Shown piece after piece: positions 56,839 through 64,000 of a DNA stretch of 64,000 nt. This DNA comes from a virus. Where the stretch lies: the IMG/VR virus record IMGVR_UViG_3300044701_003269, positions 32,001 to 96,000 of that record, one strand, 5' to 3'. Numbering within the stretch: the first letter of the stretch is position 1; the number at the start of each line of letters is the position of its first letter. The notes beneath the pieces were generated by a model. That model was not told where the DNA came from, ran no database searches, and worked only from the letters and a program-made list of their open reading frames with translations. The position numbers and the translations under genes were made by a program.

Positions 56839-57708
56839 ATGCCTTCCCTTTCTTCTTTTATAGGTTCATCATACATAGGAGCTCAAGGTGTTCAAGGCAT
56901 TCAGGGAACACAGGGAACACAGGGAATTCAAGGTCTTGATGGTGAATATGCCGCGCAAGGAATACCGGGAACTCAAGGCACTCAAGGTACTACAGGTACT
57001 ACGGGTGCTCAAGGCGATACTGGAACTCAAGGTACTGAAGGAACTCAAGGAACTCAAGGTACTGAAGGAACTCAAGGTTTAGAAGGTCCCCAAGGCATTC
57101 AAGGTACTGAAGGAACTCAAGGTACTGAAGGAACTCAAGGAACTCAAGGTTTAGAAGGTCCCCAAGGCACTGAAGGTATTCAAGGCGCTACTGGAACTCA
57201 AGGTTTAGAAGGTCTCCAAGGTACTCAAGGTATTCAAGGCCCTCAAGGAACTCAAGGTTTAGAAGGTCTCCAAGGTACTCAAGGTACTCAAGGTATTCAA
57301 GGCCCTCAAGGAACACAAGGAACACAAGGAACACAAGGAACACAAGGAACACAAGGAACACAAGGAACACAAGGAACACAAGGTATTCAAGGTACATTTG
57401 GACCATCAACAATACCTCAAAACTCACAAACATCGGCATATGCTCTTGCTATTGGTGATGTAGGAAAACATATTTCTATTACTACAGGCGGAGTTACAGT
57501 TAACTCTGGCATATTCAGTGCAGGTGATGCAGTATCCATATACAATAATTCTTCTGGCAATCAAACAATTACTCAAGGCGGATCAGTGACGATGTATCTT
57601 GTTGGAACAGCAACAACTGGTAATAGAACATTAGCACAAAGAGGTGTTGCTACTATTCTTTGTGTTGCTTCAAATACGTTTGTAATCTTCGGAGGAGGTT
57701 TAACCTGA
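56839..57708 (+). CDS. collagen-like protein
   Basis: Long (G-x-Q/E)n tract; C-terminal IPQN..TSAY.L...D.GK domain. Confidence 0.85.
   Translation: MPSLSSFIGSSYIGAQGVQGIQGTQGTQGIQGLDGEYAAQGIPGTQGTQGTTGTTGAQGDTGTQGTEGTQGTQGTEGTQGLEGPQGIQGTEGTQGTEGTQGTQGLEGPQGTEGIQGATGTQGLEGLQGTQGIQGPQGTQGLEGLQGTQGTQGIQGPQGTQGTQGTQGTQGTQGTQGTQGTQGIQGTFGPSTIPQNSQTSAYALAIGDVGKHISITTGGVTVNSGIFSAGDAVSIYNNSSGNQTITQGGSVTMYLVGTATTGNRTLAQRGVATILCVASNTFVIFGGGLT
57307..57378 (+). repeat. perfect 9-bp tandem repeat (CAAGGAACA x8)
   Basis: Counted directly; encodes (QGT)8. Confidence 0.9.
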
Positions 57709-58538
57709 TGTCAATACTACAAAACTTTTTTGCAAGTGCTGCAGCTGCATCTCCAGTTTCTATTGAAGTTCTTATGATGGCTGGCGGTGGTGCAGCAAAC
57801 AATACAAGTACAAGTATGGGTGATGACGGATTCCCATGGGGCGTTGGTGGCGGCGGTGGCGGGGGGGGTTTATATATCTATTCCACTACTTTAGCTCCTG
57901 GGACAAGTAGAACTGTTACTGTTGGTGGTGGTGGTGCCGTTCCAAGTCCAGCTGGATCTAACACCTCATTTACTGGTGCTTCAGATGCTATTGGTGGAGG
58001 TCGCGGTGCGGGTTCCGTCGGCACCGTCTCAACAGTAGGTTTTCCTGGTGGTTCTGGTGGCGGTAGTATAAATTCACCAGCTGGTGGAGCAGGAACTGCT
58101 GGACAAGGAAATTCTGGAGGTTCCGGAACTAGAGGACCTGCGTCTGGCACTGGCGGCGGCGGCGGCGGAAAGGGGGGAGCAGGATCCGCCGGCACCCCAA
58201 CCGTTGGCGGCACTGGTGGAGCTGGATATAATCTATCTACTTTTAGGGGAGGTAGTTCTCTAACGGTTGCTTTTGGTGGTGGCGGTTCTGCTGGGAATTA
58301 TTACGGATTGAATAGTTTTGGAATTAATGGCGATGGCACAACAAATATCAGCCAGGCAGCAAATACTGGTGGCGGTGGTCGTGGAACTGGTGCACCTGGA
58401 GCATCCGGAAGAGTTATTGTGAGATATGCCGGAACAGTTGCAAAGGCAACTGGTGGAACCATTACTACAGCAAATGTCTCTGGAACTGATTATGTAATTC
58501 ACGATTTCACTGCAACTGGAACTTTTACCGTAACTTAA
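57708..58538 (+). CDS. glycine-rich virion/tail protein
   Basis: TGATG-coupled start MSILQ; SGRVIVRY..ATGG..IHDFT. Confidence 0.75.
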   Translation: MSILQNFFASAAAASPVSIEVLMMAGGGAANNTSTSMGDDGFPWGVGGGGGGGGLYIYSTTLAPGTSRTVTVGGGGAVPSPAGSNTSFTGASDAIGGGRGAGSVGTVSTVGFPGGSGGGSINSPAGGAGTAGQGNSGGSGTRGPASGTGGGGGGKGGAGSAGTPTVGGTGGAGYNLSTFRGGSSLTVAFGGGGSAGNYYGLNSFGINGDGTTNISQAANTGGGGRGTGAPGASGRVIVRYAGTVAKATGGTITTANVSGTDYVIHDFTATGTFTVT

Positions 58539-58546
58539 TTAAACTT

Positions 58547-59026
58547 ATGGCACACTTCGCAGAATTAGATCCTGATAATGTAGTCACGAGAGTAATCGTT
58601 GTTTCGAATGATGACATTCTAGATGAAAATGGTAATGAGTCTGAACAAAAAGGAATTGAATTTCTGCACAATTTATTCGGACAAGATACTAAATGGATTC
58701 AAACTTCATTTAATGGAAATTTTAGATATAATTTTGCTGGAATAGGAGACACTTATGATCCAGAAAGTGATGTTTTTATTCCTGAAGGATATTCTTATAA
58801 TGAACAATATCAAAGATATTTGCCTCCTATTCCAGAACAACCACATCCTCTTTGGTGGTATGACCCAGATAGATTAAAGTGGAGGCCACCATTTCCAAAA
58901 CCATATGATACATATCAATATGAATGGGATGAATCTATTTCAAATTGGAGGCAAGTTGAAGGGTCCGAAGGTGAAAGAGCGTGGACTCTTGATATGGAGC
59001 AACCAGTATTCGAAAGAAAATATTAG
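58547..59026 (+). CDS. tail-associated small protein (MAHFAEL type), paralogue of 56014
   Basis: WIQTSFNGNFRYNFAGIGDTY. Confidence 0.75.
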   Translation: MAHFAELDPDNVVTRVIVVSNDDILDENGNESEQKGIEFLHNLFGQDTKWIQTSFNGNFRYNFAGIGDTYDPESDVFIPEGYSYNEQYQRYLPPIPEQPHPLWWYDPDRLKWRPPFPKPYDTYQYEWDESISNWRQVEGSEGERAWTLDMEQPVFERKY

Positions 59027-59083
59027 AAAAATAATATAAAAGTTGACGTATTATGCTATGATAAGTTAAATATACAATATATT

Positions 59084-59728
59084 ATGGAAAGAAAAATTAA
59101 TATTTTAAAAGATCCATTTCCACATTTGATTATAGAAAATTTCTATGATCAAGGGGAATTGGATCTTATTTGGGAAGAATTAAATTTTTTAAATAAACCG
59201 GGAAAACTTTATGATCCTGGCCATGATCATGGTGCGCAAAATCCAGAAACCAAAGAATTTTATACAAAATCAAAAGCAATTGAATTAGAGACCGCTTATA
59301 ACAATATTAATCTCTCAAATATTATTTCAGTTTCTCAGAAACTTTTTAATCATGGATTTTTAAATATTTTTTACGATAAATTTCCACAATATAAAAAAAT
59401 ATTATATCCAAATTATTGCAAAACTAAAGTTAGATATTATAAAAACAAAGATTATTATGCACCACATATTGACATTAGACACGATTTTTTAGCTTTTAGT
59501 TACTTTTATAAAGAACCTAAAAAGTTTTCTGGTGGGGAATTATTTTTCCCAGAATACGATGATTATGAAGTTGAATGCTCTAATAATAGTTTAATATTAC
59601 TTCCTTCATATCCAATTCATGGAGTTAAATTAGTTACTATAGATGATAATGATTATTCCTCTGGATATAGTCGATATTGTATCTCTCACTTTTTTGGCAT
59701 AGACCATAATACTTTTATTTTAAATTAA
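59084..59728 (+). CDS. 2OG-Fe(II) oxygenase
   Basis: PFPH.IIENF, YAPHID (HxD), FSGGELFF, HGV, RY.I. Confidence 0.88.
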   Translation: MERKINILKDPFPHLIIENFYDQGELDLIWEELNFLNKPGKLYDPGHDHGAQNPETKEFYTKSKAIELETAYNNINLSNIISVSQKLFNHGFLNIFYDKFPQYKKILYPNYCKTKVRYYKNKDYYAPHIDIRHDFLAFSYFYKEPKKFSGGELFFPEYDDYEVECSNNSLILLPSYPIHGVKLVTIDDNDYSSGYSRYCISHFFGIDHNTFILN

Positions 59729-59740
59729 TACATTTAAATC

Positions 59741-60508
59741 ATGCAAACAGCGTTAAATGCTGGTCAAATATATCATACAGCATACTGTGGTTCTACTTTA
59801 ATGGCATCATTATTGGCAGGATCTTCGACAGTTTATTGTGAACCTCCATGGACCAAGTTATTATTGCAAGACAATCAAGAAGAAATTTTGAATATTTTAG
59901 AAGAACAATTTAAAAAATATGAAGGAAAAATTGTTGTAAAATTTCAAAGTATTCTTTGCTTTGCGTCTAAAAATTTTACTGATAAAAAAATATTTTTACA
60001 TAGAAAGTTGATTCATCATCTATTTAAATATAAATCTTCATCACCCTTAAGGTACGATGATATTTTAATTTATAAGTATCAAATTCATAAAGATCATTGC
60101 CATCCAGCATTAAAACATCTTCACTTTGAAAGTGATTTAGAAAAGATACTGTTTATTTGGGCAAATAATGTTCATTGGATGTTGGAATCTAATAATGTTT
60201 TATGGATTGAATCAAATAATTTTTTTAGAAATAAACAAAAAGTTATGAGTGATGTTTGTAATCATTTAGAATTAGATATGGTTACCAACTTTGAATTATC
60301 TAACTTTTATGTGAAAAGTTTTAATCTAAATGGAAATGAACATAAAATTAACAATTTGGAAATTCCTAATTTAGGAACCTCCAAAACTTTATATCCCTCA
60401 TATGGAATCATTGAAGATGACATGTGTAAGCAATATGATGATATTAATGAATTAATAGAATGGTCACATAAAAATATGCCAACTATATCTAAAGAACTTT
60501 TACAATAA
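59741..60508 (+). CDS. sulfotransferase-like protein
   Basis: N-terminal IYHTAYCGSTLMASLL resembles the PAPS-binding loop; EP motif follows. Confidence 0.55.
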   Translation: MQTALNAGQIYHTAYCGSTLMASLLAGSSTVYCEPPWTKLLLQDNQEEILNILEEQFKKYEGKIVVKFQSILCFASKNFTDKKIFLHRKLIHHLFKYKSSSPLRYDDILIYKYQIHKDHCHPALKHLHFESDLEKILFIWANNVHWMLESNNVLWIESNNFFRNKQKVMSDVCNHLELDMVTNFELSNFYVKSFNLNGNEHKINNLEIPNLGTSKTLYPSYGIIEDDMCKQYDDINELIEWSHKNMPTISKELLQ

Positions 60509-60625
60509 TTGCAAACTACAAAAGTGGCCAAAGAAATTCTTTATTATGAGTGGATTTATGATCCAGATACTGAGACTTTCACGGATCCACTAGAACCTGA
60601 ACCTGTAAGCGAAGAAACAACTTGA
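60509..60625 (+). pseudogene. possible 3' remnant of a small tail-associated gene
   Basis: Open frame ...EWIYDPDTETFTDPLEPEPVSEETT* with no ATG or RBS, followed by a terminator. Confidence 0.35.
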
Positions 60626-60631
60626 TTTTTA

Positions 60632-60655
60632 AGAGGGGTAACACCCTCTATTTTT
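60632..60655 (+). terminator. terminator hairpin
   Basis: AGAGGG-gtaaca-CCCTCT + ATTTTT. Confidence 0.65.
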
Positions 60656-60691
60656 ATATAAACTTAATTGATAAATACTTATAAAAAGTAA

Positions 60692-61990
60692 ATGAATAAG
60701 ACCAGAAGATCTGCAAACCTGGTTTCTAAAAATAATATTTTTTCTAGTATTACCAACCATAGAGTTGGTATAGGAACCACAATACCACAATATCAACTTG
60801 ATGTTCTTGGTGATATTAATTTCAGCGGATCCTTAAATCAAGGTGGTAGTTCATTTGTTGCATCTAGATGGACTGCTGGAACTGGAGATGATATTTACAG
60901 ATTAAGTGGTGACGTTGGCATAGGAACCACAAATCCTCAATATAGCCTTGATGTTCTTGGAGATATTAACTTCACAGGGACCTTTAGACAAAACGGTAGT
61001 GCATTTGTTGCATCTAGATGGACTGCTGGAACTGGTGACGATATTTATAGACTTAATGGTGATGTTGGAATTGGAATATCAAATCCCCAATATAGCCTTG
61101 ATGTTCTTGGTGATATTAATTTTACAGGGACCTTTAGACAAAACGGTAGTGAATTTGTTGCATCTAGTGTTGCAACCAATTCTGTTGGTCTTGGAACTCA
61201 TACTTATGGTGACTATGTAAAAGATATTATAGGAACTGCAAATCAAATTACAGTTACTTCGGGAACTGGTGAGGGTTCTTCTCCAACACTAAGCATACCA
61301 AATCAATTTACAGCACCACAAGACGTTAGGATTACAAGAGATCTTCAAGTTGATCGTGATTTAAATGTAAATGGTAATATCACAATTGGTGGTACATCAG
61401 CTACATTATTCACCACAGAATTAAAAGTTTATGATGCTGATATTGTTCTTGGTATAAGAACTGATGAAAGTGGTAATGATATCTCAACAGATAATACAGC
61501 TAATCACGGTGGTATCGCTGTAGCATCAACAGAAGGAACACCACTTATCAGTCTTTATGATGTTGGAATAGGAGAAACAAATCCAGCCACATATAAGAAA
61601 ATTATGTGGTTTAAGTCCGGTACTTTTGCTGGACTTGGAACTGATGCTTGGTTGATTAACTACGGCGTCGGTATTGGAAGCACCCAAGTACCTGATGGAG
61701 TAAGACTTGCTGCCGGATCAGTTCAATTTACCGAGAGTGATTTATCGGTTGTCAGAAATATTAATGCAACTGGTATTGTTACTGCTACCAGTTTTAGTGG
61801 TGATGGAAGTTCTATTACTGGTATTGCTCGCGGCGGTGGTTCTGACGAAATCTTTTATGAAAACGGACAGACAGTAACCACAGACTATACAATCAGCACA
61901 TCCAAAAATGCGATGAGTGCAGGGCCCATTGGTATTGCAACAGGAATTACAGTCACTATTCCATCAGGTTCTACCTGGACCATCGTATAA
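60692..61990 (+). CDS. tail fibre protein
   Basis: Three VGIG..PQY.LDVLGDINF repeats; C-terminal NAMSAGPI....TVTIPSGSTWTIV. Confidence 0.8.
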   Translation: MNKTRRSANLVSKNNIFSSITNHRVGIGTTIPQYQLDVLGDINFSGSLNQGGSSFVASRWTAGTGDDIYRLSGDVGIGTTNPQYSLDVLGDINFTGTFRQNGSAFVASRWTAGTGDDIYRLNGDVGIGISNPQYSLDVLGDINFTGTFRQNGSEFVASSVATNSVGLGTHTYGDYVKDIIGTANQITVTSGTGEGSSPTLSIPNQFTAPQDVRITRDLQVDRDLNVNGNITIGGTSATLFTTELKVYDADIVLGIRTDESGNDISTDNTANHGGIAVASTEGTPLISLYDVGIGETNPATYKKIMWFKSGTFAGLGTDAWLINYGVGIGSTQVPDGVRLAAGSVQFTESDLSVVRNINATGIVTATSFSGDGSSITGIARGGGSDEIFYENGQTVTTDYTISTSKNAMSAGPIGIATGITVTIPSGSTWTIV

Positions 61991-62004
61991 GGAGGTAAAA
62001 ACAA

Positions 62005-62487
62005 ATGCCCGTATCAATTAATGGAGATGGTATTGTCTCTGGAGTTACTACCTTTGTTAATACTACAACACCTTTCACTTTTGTAGGTGTTACTACTTTT
62101 GGTTCTATTGAGGCTAATGCTATTAATGCTGGTGTTGTTACTTCTACAAGTTTTGTTGGCAATGTTACTGGTAATGCCACTGGACTATCAGGAACACCAA
62201 ATCTAAATGTTGGTGTTGTTACTGCATCAAGTTTTGTTGGCAATGTTACCGGTAACGTAACAGGAAATGCAACAGGATTAAGTGGAACTCCAAATCTAAA
62301 TGTTGGTGTTGTTACTGCATCAAGTTTTGTTGGCAATGTTACTGGTAATGCCACTGGACTATCAGGAACTCCAAATCTAAATGTTGGTGTTGTTACTGCT
62401 ACTTCTTATTATGGCTCAGGGGCCAATCTTACTAATTTAAATATACCTGCAGGTTTCAATGAACTTGATGCTGCTTTGTTTAACTAA
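62005..62487 (+). CDS. short fibre-like protein with internal repeats
   Basis: Three copies of FVGNVTGNATGLSGTPNLNVGVVTA; AGGAGG RBS. Confidence 0.75.
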   Translation: MPVSINGDGIVSGVTTFVNTTTPFTFVGVTTFGSIEANAINAGVVTSTSFVGNVTGNATGLSGTPNLNVGVVTASSFVGNVTGNVTGNATGLSGTPNLNVGVVTASSFVGNVTGNATGLSGTPNLNVGVVTATSYYGSGANLTNLNIPAGFNELDAALFN

Positions 62488-62508
62488 ATAGAAATAAAAG
62501 ATGTAAAG

Positions 62509-62922
62509 ATGTCTCTTAGAAGAACTAAATTATTACACATTCAGTCAGTTACAGGTATTGCAACAGTTGGTATTTTTACTGTTGGAACTACCCAAACTGC
62601 TGGTGGTGTTGGTATTGCATCAACTACTTATCTGCGTGGTGTAGTGATGCATAATACAGGTCTTTCAACAGCAACTTCATCACTCTACATTTATCCAAAC
62701 AGCGTTTCATCTCCAGTAACTGGGGTTGGCCAAACAGCATACCGATTATCAAGAATTGATTTGAGATCTAATGAAACATTCTTCTTTGAGACAAATTATC
62801 CGATAGTTCTTGGGCACGGCGATAAGGTAGTTGTAGAAATTACACAACCAGCAGTTACAGTTGGTGGTGCTGGAATTGGTAGTGCTGTAAATTACCAAAT
62901 ACTTGGCGACACTGATATTTGA
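62509..62922 (+). CDS. small virion protein
   Basis: TY.RG..MHN, ETFFFE..YPIVL...D. Confidence 0.65.
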   Translation: MSLRRTKLLHIQSVTGIATVGIFTVGTTQTAGGVGIASTTYLRGVVMHNTGLSTATSSLYIYPNSVSSPVTGVGQTAYRLSRIDLRSNETFFFETNYPIVLGHGDKVVVEITQPAVTVGGAGIGSAVNYQILGDTDI

Positions 62923-62935
62923 GGAGGATAGATAA

Positions 62936-64000
62936 ATGGGCGTAAGATCTACTGATTTAGCATCATCTTTCTTTGATCGTTTCTTGAGAACTCAGAATGG
63001 GGGAACTAATCCACCCAATACAGGATTAACAGCAACTGGTGGTGTTATTAGTGATTATACAACTCCTCCAGGAGCAGTTTATAGAGCACACATTTTTACT
63101 TCATCAGGCACTTTTATTGTAAGTTCTATTGGTGATTTTGATGCTACTGTAGAGTATCTCGTAGTTGCTGGTGGTGGGTCTGGCGGAGATACTGGTGGTG
63201 GTGGTGCTGGTGGATTTAGAACTAATGTATCCGGACATCCATTAGCAGGATCAGCATTTCCAGTTAGTATTTCTTCATACCCAGTAGTTGTTGGTGCAGG
63301 TGCTGCTCCCGGAGGGGGGGATACCTTACGGGGTGTTAATGGCAATCCTTCTACTTTTTCTACAATAACTTCTGCTGGTGGTGGAGGAGGAGGGGGAGAA
63401 AGTGCCCCGATTTCTCCTGGTTTGTCTGGTGGATCTGGTGGTGGGGGTGGATATAATTCGCCAGGATCTTTTGGATCTGGTAATACTCCACCAACATCAC
63501 CCCCACAAGGAAATCCTGGCGGAAACGGAGGAACATCTGCTTCCGGTGCTGGGGGAGGTGGTGCTGGCGGCGCTGGTGGTAATGCTTCTGGTGGAACTGC
63601 TGGCGCCGGTGGAATAGGATCTCAAATATCTATTACTGGAATCACTACTTATTATGCAGGAGGTGGCGGAGGAGCATCATCTCCAGGAGTTGCCGGTGCA
63701 GGAGGATTAGGTGGAGGTGGAAATGGTGAGCAGGAGAATGCTGGTGCCGGTGCTGGACAAGAAAACACTGGCGGTGGCGGTGGAGGATTTTGGGGGCAGA
63801 ATCTCCCACTGGGAAATACTGGCAACGGTGGTTCCGGAATCGTAGTAGTCCGTTACCAGATAGGACAATTGACAGCAACTGCAAAAGCAACTGGTGGTGC
63901 TATAAGTTACTTTGGTGGTAAGACAATTCATACCTTTACGAGTTCTGGTACTTTTACCGTTACTAGCCCAACATTAACTTCTGCGGAATACCTGATGGTT
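62936..64000 (+). CDS. glycine-rich virion/tail protein (partial, runs off window)
   Basis: GAGGAGG RBS; MGVRS...ATGG..YRAHIFTSSG..YLVVAGGG..GSGIVVVRY..KATGG; no stop seen before window end. Confidence 0.8.
   Translation, partial: MGVRSTDLASSFFDRFLRTQNGGTNPPNTGLTATGGVISDYTTPPGAVYRAHIFTSSGTFIVSSIGDFDATVEYLVVAGGGSGGDTGGGGAGGFRTNVSGHPLAGSAFPVSISSYPVVVGAGAAPGGGDTLRGVNGNPSTFSTITSAGGGGGGGESAPISPGLSGGSGGGGGYNSPGSFGSGNTPPTSPPQGNPGGNGGTSASGAGGGGAGGAGGNASGGTAGAGGIGSQISITGITTYYAGGGGGASSPGVAGAGGLGGGGNGEQENAGAGAGQENTGGGGGGFWGQNLPLGNTGNGGSGIVVVRYQIGQLTATAKATGGAISYFGGKTIHTFTSSGTFTVTSPTLTSAEYLMV

Noticed and set aside
57307-57378. Short perfect repeats as a possible CRISPR array
   Set aside because: 9-bp unit, no spacers, in frame within a collagen gene; no cas operon. 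The 11128 nuclease sits in the usual phoH-exonuclease-gp33 context.
59043-59072. sigma70 promoter upstream of the 2OG-Fe(II) oxygenase
   Set aside because: TTGACG and TATGAT are only 8 bp apart; an extended -10 or late motif is possible but too ambiguous to call.
48613-63931. Many Pro-rich or (FLV)n/(YLE)n antisense and alternate-frame ORFs
   Set aside because: Shadows of Gly-rich and collagen repeats on the coding strand.
1-64000. Alternative genetic code or stop-codon reassignment
   Set aside because: Core genes translate full length with the standard code, and all three stop codons end genes; no suppressor tRNA seen.

Overview
This window is part of a large T4-like cyanomyovirus genome; a freshwater picocyanobacterial host is plausible but is inference. 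Positions 1-13.9 kb hold host-takeover and replication genes: psbA-psbD, class II aldolase, glutaredoxin, speD, a HiPIP-like protein, thyX, phoH, exonuclease, gp33, gp59 and gp32. Positions 14-31 kb are the baseplate/tail module: gp53, gp48, gp2, gp4, tube-like, gp26/gp51, tape-measure/lysin-like proteins, cp12 and gp5-like. Positions 31-34 kb carry a LAGLIDADG endonuclease, two tRNAs and a Mom-like enzyme. Positions 34-64 kb are a long array of tail-fibre, collagen-like and glycine-rich virion proteins. The most notable signals are missed by the ORF track: (1) an NtcA box + sigma70 promoter + double glutamine-riboswitch-like RNA ahead of four coupled micro-ORFs, two with DUF4278-like YRG motifs (8513-9174), a candidate phage nitrogen-sensing module; (2) a tRNA-Leu(UAA) interrupted by a trnL-type group I intron next to a free-standing LAGLIDADG gene; (3) a HiPIP-like protein with a T4 capsid-targeting-like N-terminus; (4) a -1 slippery site that would fuse gp26 to gp51 just upstream of the tape-measure-like genes. 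All calls come from reading motifs by eye; no database searches were run.
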